In this document: positions 40,401 through 53,600 of the stretch, piece after piece | Numbering within the stretch: the first letter of the stretch is position 1 | How the letters are laid out: every line of letters starts with the position of its first letter | Assembly: GCF_026571515.1 (NCBI RefSeq) | Contig: NW_026866080.1 | Coordinates: forward strand, 744,001 to 806,917 | From: Ruditapes philippinarum | Lineage: Eukaryota | Length of the DNA: 62,917 bases | Direction of reading: 5' to 3' | The notes under the pieces: model-generated | Database searches by the model: none | The model's input: the letters and a program-made list of their open reading frames with translations, nothing else | What the model was told of the DNA's origin: nothing | Translations under genes and position numbers: made by a program

Positions 40401-43400
40401 TCATGTTATAGGCCTTAGAGAGAGTCTAATTATACAGTATTGGCTTGACTATTCGGAAGGTAATGTCACAAGGGTGTTTTATTGAGTATAATAATACTAA
40501 TTACCTATGAATACATAAATTTGACAGACAAGGTACAAAGGCTTGTTATTAAGATGTTTTATCAAGTAAATCACTGCTTTATTATTATGAATGCATAAAA
40601 TTGTCCCAAAAAAGGCACAAACCCTTCAGTAGTTATTGAGATAACAGCTTACAAACAAAACTTTACCATGAAAAAGGGGAGAAAAATCAGCCTAAATGCA
40701 AGATAGAATTATGGATCTTTGTCAGTGACCTACAATTATGACCCTAAATGCATATGTGAAGTTTTAAATAAATATCTTTAACCCATTACTTCATGAGCAT
40801 TTTGTGAAAAATGGCTGTTTTCATTGAAAAGTCTCCCGTTACAAGTTCAAATTGCTATAATACTATACAAACTGCTTCAACACTAATCAAACTTGGCACA
40901 AATGTTGACTGGACCATTGACCTTGCAACAACATGCTCAGGCTTAAATTTTCTGTTACCATGGCAACGAGGGGACATCTCAAAATTGCCAAAAATCACTA
41001 TTTTGCGATGATTTTTTCCATTATAATTGATTTCAAAGTGCTGCAACTTCTCAATGGATTGAGATAGAGTCAAATGCTTTTCAGCGTTGGTTACACGTTA
41101 CGTTATGATCAATCTGGGGTCATTTAGAGCCTCTCACAAGTCCAAAATTTTCTTGGCGATGAGGGGGACTCCGCTCCCCTTCAAACCGCCCAAACAGAAG
41201 GGGGCACATCCCCCTTCTGGCAACCCCCTGATGTATCTTTTAGTTGGGGGGCCGCGCCGAAAAAGTGGTCACTTTTTTTAACAACATTTCTCAAACAAAA
41301 ACAAGTGTTAAGGGCCTAAATAATGCATTTTTTCACCATTTGAGACAACAAAAAGGGGGGGGGGGTGAAAAAGGCGTTAAAAGGCGTGTATATGAAGTAA
41401 TGGGTTAATAGTTATTGAGATATGTAAAACTTGCATGTAAACATTAACCAAGAGACTAAGTAGAAAAGGGGATATGAATCAGCCTTAATGCAAGATAGAG
41501 TTATGGAACTTGGTCAGTGACATACAATTATGACCCTCAAATTATCACCCTAAGTGCATGTGTAAAGTTTCAAGTAAATATCTTTGAAGACCTTTAACCT
41601 TTAACCAAAATTTCTAAGTTTCAAAGGGGCAAATAATTCTGCAAATATTGCAGGCAGAGATATGCAATTTTGCAAACTAATGTACATTGTTACTACAAAA
41701 AAGTGTTTTAAATTTCAATTGAATATCTCAAGCAATAATTGAGATATTTGACTTTACAAAAAAACTTTAACCAAAATTTCTAAGTTCCAAAGGGGCATAA
41801 TTCTGTCAATATTGTAGGCAGAGTTATCCAACTTGTCAATCTGATGTACCTTGTTACTATAAATAAGTATTGTAAGTTTAAATTGAATATCTCAAGCAAT
41901 AATTGAGATATTTGACTTTACAAAAAACTTTAACCAAAATTTCTAAGTTAAAAAGTGGCATAATTCTGTCAATATTGTAGGCAGAGTTATCCAACTTGTC
42001 AATCTGATGTACCTTGTTACTATAAATAAGTATTGTAAGTTTAAATTGAATATCTCAAGCAATAATTGAGATATTTGACTTTACAAAAAACTTTAACCAA
42101 AATTTCTAAGTTAAAAAGGGGCATAATTCTGTCAATATTGTAGGCAGAGTTATCAAACTTGTCAATCTGATGTACCTTGTTACTATAAATAAGTATTGTA
42201 AGTTTCATTGAATATCTCAAGTAATAATTGAGATATTTGACTTTACAAAAAAACTTTAACCAACGCAGACGCCAACGCGGACGCTGACCCCGACGCCGGG
42301 GCGACTACAATAGCTCTCATATTCTTCGAATAGTCGAGCTAAAAACGCTTTTAGAATTTGGCATAAAAAAATGTTCATGCAATTTCTCAATACATTTAAT
42401 TGTCAATGCCTTTATAACATATTTTTTTATGACCGGGTCCCCCATTAATAATCATTGTTCTATTACCAAAGTAAAAAGAACTGACCATCAACATTATAAC
42501 AAATTATCACTTCATTTTTTTTTGTTACCTTGTAACTAGATCCTAAATTCTTCTGTTTAAAAATAAAACAAAACAAAAAAGTACACAAAAACATTTCTTA
42601 TAATTTTAAGTTATAAGTTAATCTTGTGTGAAAAGTGTAAAATAGAAGTAAAGTCCATTTTTGAACTACATGTACCAAAATTGGTGGCACTTAATTTCTA
42701 TTTGAATATTGTTTTTATTTTACTTACCAATAACCAACATCAAGGTCTGTATGGTACACCATAATGGTTTTTGCGGATAAATATTTTTCTCTATATGAAT
42801 TATAATCATCCTGAAATAAACACAAGCTATTAAATAACCGTAAACATGAAATACTTCCATATAAAAGTAGTTTTTAAATTCTAATCTACAAGTTCATTTA
42901 ATCATTTATCCTGTCAAAGTTCATTTTGCATTTTAAATCAGATGTGAAGAATCCTAAAACTGTGAATGATTGCAAGGTGCTCCAATTGAAAACAGAAGTG
43001 TTGCACCTGTGTAGGGCTTCCATTGAGTTTCAAAATTTGGAAGTCAGAGACTGCAAAATCTCTGATACTGGAAGTCACATTATATAGGTTTTTTTTTCTT
43101 TTTTTGGAGGGGGGGGGGTTTACGCCACATCGACACAGTAATAGGTCATATCGCGATGTTCCAGCTTTACTGGTGGAGGAAGACCTCAGGTGTGTGCATT
43201 ATTTCAGGCAAACATTATATAAATAAAGAAGGAAAAGTAATAGATATTAGAAGTCACAAGCGAATATCAAGGATAAAATGACTCCAAAACTTCCATTAAC
43301 GGAAACCCTGTGAATCAGACAGACAGACAAACTAGCATGAAACACCAAATCATGCAAATGACACATTTAAAACGAAAAATGTAAAATAACAAGAGCTGTC

Positions 43401-46346
43401 GGTAGGACAGCACGCTCGACTATTCTAAGTGCTTGATAGTAAAAGAGCCTTGATAATGTTAAATTTTTTAAGTTCACAAAAGGGCTAATTTTTTTTATAA
43501 ATTCATGTTATAGGCCTTAGAGAGAGTCTAATTATACAGTATTGGCTTGACTATTCGGAAGGTAATGTCACAAGGGTGTTTTACTGAGTATAATAATACT
43601 AATTACCTATGAATACATAAATTTGACAGAAAAGGTACAAAAGCTTGTTATTAAGATGTTTTATCAAGTAAATCACTGCTTTATTATTATGAATGCATAA
43701 AACTGTCCCAAAAAAGGCACAAACCCTTCAGTAGTTATTGAGATAACAGCTTACAAGCAAAACTTTACCATGAATTTCTAAGTTGAAAAAAGGGGAGAAA
43801 AATCAACCTTAATGCAAGATAGAATTATGGCTCTTTGTCAGTGACCTACAATTATGACCCTAAATGCATATGTGAAGTTTTAAATAAATTTCTTTAACAG
43901 TTATTGAGATATGTAAAAATTGCATGTTAACATTAAATAACCAAGAGACTAAGTAGAAAAGGGGATATGAATCAGCCTTAATGCAAGATAGAGTTATGGA
44001 ACTTGGTCAGTGACATACAATTATGACCCTCAAATTATCACCCTAAGTGCATGTGTAAAGTTTCAAGTAAATATCTTTGAAGACCTTTAACCTTTAACCA
44101 AAATTTCTAAGTTTCAAAGGGGCAAATAATTCTGCAAATATTGCAGGCAGAGTTATGCAATTTTGCAAACTGATGTACATTGTTACTATAAAAAAGTATT
44201 TTAAATTTCAATTGAATATCTCAAGCAATAATTGAGATATTTGACTTTACAAAAAACTTTAACCAAAATTTCTAAGTTAAAAAGGGGCATAATTCTGTCA
44301 ATATTGTAGGCAGAGTTATCCAACTTGTCAATCTGATGTACCTTGTTACTATAAATAAGTATTGTAAGTTTCAATTGAATATCTCAAGCAATAATTGAGA
44401 TATTTGACTTTACAAAAAACTTTAACCAAAATTTCTAAGTTAAAAAGGGGCATAATTCTGTCAATATTGTAGGCAGAGTTATCCAACTTGTCAATCTGAT
44501 GTACCTTGTTACTATAAATAAGTATTGTAAGTTTCAATTGAATATCTCAAGCAATAATTGAGATATTTGACTTTACAAAAAACTTTAACCAAAATTTCTA
44601 AGTTAAAAAGGGGCATAATTCTGTCAATATTGTAGGCAGAGTTATCCAACTTGTCAATCTGATGTACCTTGTTACTATAAATAAGTATTGTAAGTTTCAA
44701 TTGAATATCTCAAGTAATAATTGAGATATTTGACTTTACAAAAAACTTTAACCAGCGCAGACGCCGACGCGGACGCTGACGCCGACGCCGGGGCGACTAC
44801 AATAGCTCTCATATTCTTCGAATAGTCGAGCTAAAAAATGAATAGATTTTTTTCTTATCTGAATTCCCCATTAATAGGCTTTGGCTACTTTCATATTATT
44901 TTCTTTTTATAATGGATGTGGCTAGCCGTACAGGCCCGTACAGCTAGCCAAAAGTTCTAGCCGTACGTGAGTCACGTACGACTAGCCAGGACACACTGTA
45001 TTGGCTAGCCGTACGGCACTTTTCAAAATTATATGGAAGTCGAAAATGCATATGTTATTTTATGACTTTAAGTGAGGATTTGTACAAGACACAGCAATTG
45101 TCTTCGTATGTTTACTTTTTAGAGATTAATCACCTTGTTTGCTGGCTTAATAAAGAAAGTATACGAATACAGTATATATTTTTGTCATCTCAAGACGTCG
45201 AGAAAAAATAGCGTTTGGTTGCAGTAAAATAACATCAATTGAAATAGTTTACAAAACTTTGATATTTTTTTTTGTTTCATTTAGTTTAATTTTCAAATAA
45301 AAAAAAAATAATAAAAAAAAACGCCGAAAATAATTGTTGTTGGGCTCTGATAATTGCGTCAATTACCGACGGTATAGAAGTTTGTCCATCATTAAGGAAA
45401 GTTTGCCTTAATTAAGGCTTATTAATTGATTGTGCTTTTATGTTCGATATTTAAAATTATCTACTGTATTTGAAAATTATTAAATTATTTTTGCTTTTCA
45501 CCGTTTTTTTTTCAGTATTCTTTTTATTTACTTATTTATTTATTTAATTATTTATTCCCCTCCGATCATTATTTATTCGATCCATGTGCTTAATTAACAA
45601 AAATGATTTAACAATTCATCTTTCATACAAATAAAACAACAAATCATAAGCATGAAAATCAAGGACGTTATAACTTATAACATACAACTTTGACACTTTT
45701 ATCAAAATAGATTATACAACGCTTGTTCGTATTCATTTTTTTTACAAAATGGCGGAGCATCTTTATTAAAGTGAACACACTAGGACAAATGCGGAGACTT
45801 GATTAAAATCCTCGTTAAAGACACATAATAACATATGCATTTTCGACTTCCATATAATTTTGAAAAGTGCCGTACGGCTAGCCAATACAGTATGTCCTGG
45901 CTAGTGGTACGTGACTCATGTACGGCTAGAACTTTTGGCTAGCCGTACGGGCCAGTACGGCTAGCCACTTCCTTTTATAATGGAGCCTTATACAGCCAAA
46001 GTCTCAAGTAAGGCACCAAAGACATAGGTCAAATGATTGGGCGAGAAAAATGTGCAGTTCAGGGGGATACTGTTCCACCTTGTGAGCTGTCAGGGTGCTT
46101 ACACATCTCCCTTCATTAGTCAACTGTTCTGTACAGTGACCTAATTAATAACTGTTAATTGATTACCAAATTTTATACCAGAATACATTTTTTACAAGTT
46201 AAAACAGATATTAAACTGTTAAACTATTAAAGGGAACTTGTCCTTACCTTGTACCCTCCCCAAACAATCATCAAGTTATTCTCTGCCACGGCGACGTGTC
46301 CAACCCTTGGTGGGACAGTTTTAACCATAGTGGCTGTAGCATTCAT
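31435..46346 (-). CDS. KLHDC2: Kelch domain-containing protein 2/1-like, paralog B (intact, 10 exons, 404 aa), CRL2 substrate receptor
   Basis: Exons 46346-46248, 42810-42728, 40036-39812, 39399-39306, 37872-37795, 35790-35651, 34817-34705, 33530-33370, 32732-32680, 31603-31435, summing to 1215 nt in frame. Motifs: six kelch GG motifs, PRAAH, GGRH..RMND, GRSWH, KPRLWHTAC, BC-box PYSLQRICL, and cullin-box-like LPKPL. Confidence 0.9.
35068..35235. repeat. 21-bp minisatellite
   Basis: Unit accatttatataaccaacag(a/c), about 8 copies. Confidence 0.8.
36392..36983 (-). mobile_element. HINE element (164-bp family, 3 units)
   Basis: Same termini and unit as 14421-15177. Confidence 0.8.
37297..37748 (-). 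mobile_element. HINE element (164-bp family, 2 units)
   Basis: Same termini and unit as 14421-15177. Confidence 0.8.
40285..42345 (-). mobile_element. HINE element (163-bp family) with nested piggyBac-like MITE
   Basis: Termini aacaagagctgtcggtaggacagc ... gaatagtcgagctaaaaa. Near-identical to 43388-44838. Confidence 0.8.
40782..41404. mobile_element. Non-autonomous piggyBac-like element
   Basis: TTAA TSD (40778-40781, 41405-41408), 13-bp perfect TIR CCCATTACTTCAT, and an empty site in the sister HINE at ~43894. Confidence 0.9.
43388..44838 (-). mobile_element. HINE element (163-bp family)
   Basis: Exact 163-bp period (identical spurious ORFs at 44349 and 44512), (GACGCC)n, and subterminal IR. 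Confidence 0.8.
44914..45972. mobile_element. Non-autonomous Mutator/MULE-like element
   Basis: ~140-bp TIRs (ggatgtggctagccgtac / gtacggctagccacttcc) and a perfect 9-bp TSD ttttataat. Confidence 0.85.
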
Positions 46347-46594
46347 TGTTAGATTTTAAAAATAATGGTCTTTTTTATTTTGCATAAAGATTAAAGTTGA
46401 CAGATTGACATATCACATGGAAGCTTGATACATCGCCTACATCACACCGATTAAATATGATCTTCCGAATATATATAATATTGTTATCGTCTTAAATTGA
46501 AAACTAAAGTAAATCAAGTCACGGTAAATTAAGTCAATGTTTTTCAGTGAAAAAAGAAAGAAAGCATACAAAATTACCAAAGACTGACAGGGAC

Positions 46595-46755
46595 ATTTCA
46601 ACTTTATGAATTCCCGATTTCATATTCATGAATTCACGATTTCAACTTTACGAATTCACGATTTCAACTTCATGAATTTAAGATTTCAACTTCACGATTT
46701 TAACTTCATATGAATTCACGATTTCAACTTCACGATTTCAACTTCACGAATTCAT
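46595..46755. repeat. Short-period minisatellite
   Basis: Repeated atttcaacttcacga / gaattcacg units. Confidence 0.7.
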
Positions 46756-46835
46756 ATATATAAATAAAACTTAATTAAATATGCTGTTAAATTTCGAATG
46801 AAAAATATTTCAACGTCTTTAAATATATTATAAAG

Positions 46836-47392
46836 TAGTTAAGATGGCGGGGGCGCGGAGCGAAAAGTCGCTAATTAGCGGGGGGCGCGGGACAAAGTTT
46901 AATAGATAAAACTTCGCCGCTGTCCCGCTTATTAGCGTGTTTTCGCCCCGCGACCCCGCCAAGCTAAAAGTCGAGAAAGCACAAGTTAAAATGGCGTGGG
47001 CGTGGAGCGAAAACTCGCTTATCAGCGAGGGCACGAGCCGAGGTTAAAGGAATAAAACGTTGCCCCGCGGGGTGCAGAGCGAGATTTAAAAAATAAAACG
47101 GTGGGGGGAGCGCAGAGCGAACCAACGCGCTAATTAGCGGGGAGCGGGACGAAATTTAATAATTAAAATTCGCTGCGCGCCCCCGCTAATTAGCGTGTTT
47201 TCGTCCCACGACCCCGCCAAGCGAAAAATCGATAATTAACAAGTTATAATGACGGGACCCCGCGGTTTTATTTCTTTTATTTATTAAACTTTGCCCCGCA
47301 CCCTTGCTAATTAGCGTGTTTTCGCTCCGCGTCCCGCCGTTTTAACTTGTTAATTTCCGACTTTTCGCTTGGCGGGGTCGTCGGATGAAAAC
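46836..47392. repeat. GC-rich direct and inverted repeat (foldback-like) element
   Basis: Repeated gctaattagc palindromes, and cgcggagcgaaaa / ttttcgctccgcg units in both orientations. Confidence 0.6.
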
Positions 47393-48092
47393 AAGAATGG
47401 CACAAATCAGACACCATATGTAAATGCAATTTTAAGACTAAACTGAAACATGCTCTTGGAATACTTCAGCAAAAAATTCAATTTCACTCGGGCGATCTAA
47501 CCCTGATCTTACTGAATTTGTGTAAAGAATACCCTATTTTAAATTTGGAATAATCCATTCGAAACTCAAAGGAATTTCAATATCAAAATACAAAAATTAA
47601 GCAGCTAATAGTAAAGAGCCTGGTATGACCGCATCCAGATGATATTGTAAATAAATTACTCACATCTGGAACATACGTGTGCATCCCAGCTCACATAAAT
47701 TATCTCAATTTTATGTCTTTATTTTAAGGAATTCGTACAAATACACTAGCTTGTCCATCATTCAGTAATCTTGGTAAATGACTTATATTGGAAACTTTGT
47801 ATGAAATAAAGTGCATTTATTATTAAGGACATAAGTACATAATTAAGTTAAATTACATACAATTTTACATAATAGATACTGCAGTACATCGTAAATGTAC
47901 TTGATGTAGATATACAAACAGAGACACATTTTCCCAGCTTTTGGCATCAATATAGCACGCCGTATTTTTTAACATCAATAAAATGGTACTCTTGACGGAT
48001 TCCAGCAATCACTGGAATATTCTTCCATAACTTTTCCGGAGCACTTTTAAATCCTCATTTTTGCGTCTTCCAGAACGTATTCTGTTATATTT

Positions 48093-50403
48093 TCAGCTTT
48101 TTCCTAATGCTTTCAGTATCAACAGCGTGCCTCGATCGATCCCGAGAATAACATGTAATGTATCAAGCAGACAAATGTCTCTGTGTCTTAGCAACGCTGA
48201 AATGGGCTGCGACACCATTATAACAGCTTTTGTGTTTAAAGCATCACTACTTAAATGTCTTTCTCCAAATAAATCTTTAACTGACGATGATTTCTGAAAG
48301 ACTGTCCTGTGTAGAAACTTCTTCAAATCTTTTTGAACATTAATAGTCACAATGTTTTTCCCAGGGTAGAAATATGTACTAAGACATTCATTCGTGAATT
48401 CAAGCTTCATGTTAACCAGATCATCATTGTTCTCATTTAAGTTGTCTTGAATGAATACACATACACTTAAGGTGGAAATGTCATTGTTTAATCTATGTGT
48501 AACAAGTTGGGAGATAGCTTTACAATGTTTCTCATTAACTTCACCAAATCTGCGATCATTTCTAATCTCCAACACTTTACCAAAATCTTTACATGAAAAT
48601 TTATTATCATTTTTCACATACGACCTGTTCTGCAGCTTCTTTACAGTAGAATTTTGATTACTCTTATCAGTTGACATTGCAGCCCTTTGGTGGTGGTTTT
48701 CAGTTTCGATTGCAGACCCTTCATGGTGATTTTCAGTTGTTTGATCAAAAACAGTTTTCTTAGAATTCTGACACAATTTTACTTCTTTCCGAACTTCTTC
48801 CTTGTCATACACATTTGCCTTTTTAAATTGATCATAAAGTTTTATCCTTGCTAATTCGTGCACTTTTTCGTGATTTCGACCAGGAAAGTTATTAAACTTT
48901 ACCGTAGCTCCTTTTAACTCATCCGTCTCATATTGCTCTGATATATAAACACAATTCCCTCTCTTGATTTGGTCATTTACTCGCATATGTCTTTCTTTCA
49001 GCCTTGTTGTCTGATCGTTAAATAATACACGCTGATGTTCAAATGCATTCTTAGTATATGTTGCATGGTCCTGGACCTTTCCAGATCCGAGATCACCCGC
49101 TTCTGTGTGACTGGCCAGGTCCATAAAGTCACCATGGCAAAACTTCATGGAATCAGATTCTTTTCTTTGGTGTGTTTCACATTCTCTATTAGATGAACAT
49201 TTGTTCTGTGTATGTGTCTTAACTTCTTTTTCTAGAATTCTAAGGCTGTTTTGATTATCATCGTACTCTGTAAAAAATAATTGTTTCTGTCAATTATGAT
49301 TTAATGAATTGAAAATTGTGTTTGAAAATTTCATGACCCAAATATAGAACATTTTATTACGCATCAAAAACAGACAGATGTATCTTAAGCCGGTGCTAGG
49401 GGGCGTGGACGGTAGTTTGCACTTGACAGTACCGTCCATGAACAGGCTCAATCAAACCGAGCCTGCAACATTTTCAATTTTGCCATGTTTTCTTTAGGGA
49501 TTCTTATTTTCTCTATTTTAGACTGTAAAACAATTTACTGAGAATTACAGGTACATGTATGTCTGGGAATTCATCAACATGTAATTTAGCGGACTCCAGG
49601 CCCCGTGTTCGCTGACATTTCTGATCCTAAAAATTTTGTGATTATGGGACCTGAAGATAAATAATACATTCGCTGCTGCTGCACCCACACATCTGCTTTT
49701 GTACATGCTTGTTTTTCAAAACTACAAAAAAAAAAACATTCAGAATACTAGATTCTGTCATATGTATAGAGCTATGTCATATTCTTAACGGACATAAGTT
49801 GAGACTTTCTGACATACACAGGGTGTTGGTTGACTCTAGGACAGGGGCGAATATAGGGCACTTGGCGTCGTTGGCGATAATCTTTCACAGAAATATGAAC
49901 ATTTTTTTGGCGGATATATACAAATTCATACCTTTTGAGACAGGCTCTCTGTTTTTCTTCTGTAACGCTGGATCTTTTAAAGTCTTTTTAATCACTATTT
50001 GAAATTCTCTACAAATACAACGCATCTGCATCGCCTCTGTGTCAGAAGTATCAGTCTTACATTTTTCCGTTTCTCGTTTAACTCTTTTGTTCACGTTAAC
50101 GAGGTCTGATATCGGAGTGCTGCCATATGCACTTTTAACTATAAATATTGCTATTATCTGCAAACGTTTTAATCTATCACGCTTTCTGTCAGTTGTAGGG
50201 TTATACAGCGCAACCAAATCGAATCTGTCGTCGAGTTTTATGTCAATATCTTTTGGCAAATATTTTGCATATTTGCAATCTTTAAATGGACACTTTTTCT
50301 GTAGATTCTTTAAGTTATGATCTTTCTTGAGATTCACAAATACTTTTCTGTCATCTGTTAATTGTTTACATGTTTTCTTCTTAAATTTTGCTGTAAAACG
50401 CAT
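48093..50403 (-). CDS. Uncharacterized two-exon protein (~548 aa); C-terminus possibly truncated within a death-domain-like fold
   Basis: Exon 50403-49932 (phase-1 donor AAAG|gtatga) joins the acceptor ttttttacag|49267 in frame with the 351-aa ORF ending at 48093. Open frames this long are unlikely by chance in this AT-rich DNA. Confidence 0.6.
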
Positions 50404-50610
50404 TTTGCATCATTTGACAGTTGGAGCGAAATTCTGCACGTGTTTTGTTGTTTACAGAGGGCGCGATTTTGCTGGTTCTCAAATTTGTCACCGTCTATTA
50501 AACGTAAAATATACAAATTGGAACCAGACTGTATTGTGCTTAATATCAAACGTGCTTCCGCTGAAGAAAACTAACCGCTCTCTTGACATAGCAGTTAAAA
50601 ACTATTAAAG
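50404..50610. promoter_or_regulatory. Putative bidirectional promoter
   Basis: 207 bp between divergent ATGs, relatively CpG-rich, with CACGTG at 50437-50442. Confidence 0.4.
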
Positions 50611-53600
50611 ATGAGTAGTCCAGCTGTTGTGAAAGAAGATGATCATATTATTTTAAGGAAAGGCGATAACTTGAGGTTATTCCAAGTTCATAGAAATAGG
50701 TAAATTGAAAGGATGAGTTTATTCGTGCTCATTTCTTTTCGTATTCAGTATTAATATTAAAGTTAAATAAAAAAAATAACCCAGTGTGCCATGCTATATT
50801 AAGCAATTGATTGTAATTCTGGGTAGCTTTGTTAAACTTACCCTTTTTGCGTTTTCATTTTCGCTAAAAGTAAAATAGTTCAACTAATTTTAGATTATTT
50901 TTTCGAGATAATTTTTGACAGTTGTACTCGGTTCCTATGATATCACGGGTTCTATGATATCACGGTATTTACATTTTCTGTGGCTGCTAGTAAAACCAAC
51001 ACACGATGATAATAAATATTTGTAAAACTGGCACAATAAATTCATTTTCATCTGCCAATGAGTTTAATTTTGTGAATAATAAATGTATTCGTCAAAAGAA
51101 AACTATTTTATTAAATCTTCTTATTTGACAACTATTTTCCAGCGATTTTTTACCCTTTATAAGTGGTATCGAATAATCGCCCCATTCACAATCACAAATG
51201 GACCTTCACAATTTTCAGACTGGGTCCGACGGACCCGTTCACAATTCTGATGAAATTTCATAATTCCCATTAATTAAGTCTTAAGTCTCTTCGTATAATG
51301 AATATTTGCTTGTTGTGCTTTGTTTATCTTAAAATGTGTTTAGCCGACCATGATGTGCGGTGCGTTCGCCCTTTAAATGTTTGAACTGTTTAAATACGAA
51401 ACTTCTAGGGATGAATCAATACCGAAACAAGCGTCTGGTAATTTCTGTAAACATCATTCAAAATGTCTAGTAACAGTAATTACTACATTAAAAATATTAT
51501 ATGTTCTTACTGCTGAATAAGATATTCACAATCTTAATTAAAAAATTCACAGTTTGTTAAGAAACAACGCTTTTTTCCCAATTTTTATGGTACGGTACCC
51601 ATTCACAATTCAGGGAAAAAAATCGCTGATTTCCATTCATTGTTTTTACACAGTCAATTAAAATATGTTATAATCAGGCCATCCTTAAAAAAATGTTTGT
51701 TTGCAGTAACCTGACCGAGAATTTTCAAGGTGGGTAGGTAGGTCGATTTTTTTTGATTTTTTTTTTATTGGAACTGTACTGCCAAATAAACATGGAATTT
51801 CAAAATGCTGGACAATATATGCTTTGATAATCTGGTAACAATTAATAAATTGATAACTGAATTCTAATTTAATAAGACCTACATTTTATTTCTTCTATTA
51901 ACCTTTAAAAGAACGAAAACAAAGCACAAGGCATAATTTTCTGATTAAAAAAAAAAATTTTTTTTATCCAGACCATGAAAAAAAATTTTGAGTAGGGGCA
52001 AATTTTGTGAGTCGGTCGCGTTACTGCAAACGAACATTTTTTTAAGGATGGCCTCATATATACATATCACATATTGTCAGTTCATATGGTTTGAATTTTA
52101 TATCAAGTTAACTGTTGGAAGTTTTCCACAACTTATCTTGAAGATTTTGACCCATCAATCCTTCCATACTTGCATTTTGGGGGATTACCGTGATACCATT
52201 GTAACGTCCTCTGAAATTACCCAAAATGGCAGACATTGAGAATAGTTTAAAAATGATGTTTAAATTGGATCTTCAGAAATGAATTTTTGACAAACAGTCT
52301 TGGAAAAGGATCACTTATTAAATAGAAGAAAAACTCATTCATGTACGATATTTATATTTGAATATGTTACGATAAAGTTAAGTACCATGATATCATAGAA
52401 CGCTGAACCCCCGGCTGATGTCTTTCTTATGATGTATGAATTTGAAAGTATAAAAGAATCTTTAAAATGGGTCAAACCAGGCACGTCTAATAAAGTTAGA
52501 GATTTTATCATCAGACAGTTCTAGTCAGTAATTTCCATTGCTTCTCAAATGTCTCAAAAGCAGTCTTGCCTACAAAAACTAAACTTATACCTTGAAAACC
52601 CACCCCGACCTCACCAAGATATTGTAAATACCCCCAAACGGATGATGTATCTGTCAGCAAGAACAGGGTGCTGAAACTCCTTGCCAACCTGAAGATAGAC
52701 AAAGCTGCAGGTAATTCAGCCAATAGTCCTCAAAGAACTGTCAGAGGGTTATTCCTAGGGACCTGAATTCCTCAGGCTGCATATTTTTCTGGCCAAAATA
52801 TCGCAAATTATCCAAAAGCCCCTGCTGTTCTATTGGAATCAATGTGATTGGTGCATACGCTATATTAATTACTTAAATATACAGTTAAATGGTATTTTTT
52901 AATTTTTGATAAGTTCTTTTTAAAAAAATATGTGTAATTCTTTTTAGAGATGTATGGTTGGAAAAGAGTAAGTTTAAACTGGATGGAATAATTGGTTTTC
53001 CATATGGTTCATTGTTTGAAGTGAAGGATGGTGAGATGGTGAAAATGGAGCGAACTGTTCAGCAAGATACTGATGCTTCAGAGGAAGGTATGATAAGATG
53101 GAATATATATCTTCACATTTTGTGGGGAAAATGTATAATATATTGATACTAGTATGAATGAATTATCAAAATAACTTGATTGATAAATCTTTGAAACTTG
53201 AAATGATTGATAAAAATTTGAAACTTGAAAGTGTAAAAATATAAGTTATGATGAAAAAAAAAAGTTCACATTAATTATTTTGAGATTCCACATTTATTGA
53301 GATTTAAAGGTTTGAATATAATTTGCAAAATCTGTAAGTACTCTCTAAATTTTAGCTTAAAAAAATACAAAAACTTAAAAGTTAATTGACTGTATTACTG
53401 TAGAACAGTTCACTAATTTGGAATGGAATATGTATGCAATTGTGCATCTGAGGTCGAGTGGTTAAAGTTGTTAACTTCAATGCATTTGCCTCTCACTGCT
53501 TTTGGTTCACACCACACACGCTTCTTAGGATCCTTGATGTTGGAACAGCTTTCCGACTAGCTTATGGAATGTTGGTGGTTCTACTCTGTCTCAGGAGCCT

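Noticed and set aside
44349-44700. Two identical 62-aa ORFs
   Set aside because: They reflect the 163-bp repeat period and are not genes.
49540-49652. Possible extra exon of the orphan gene (acceptor near 49652)
   Set aside because: It has a stop codon in the required phase and no convincing donor.
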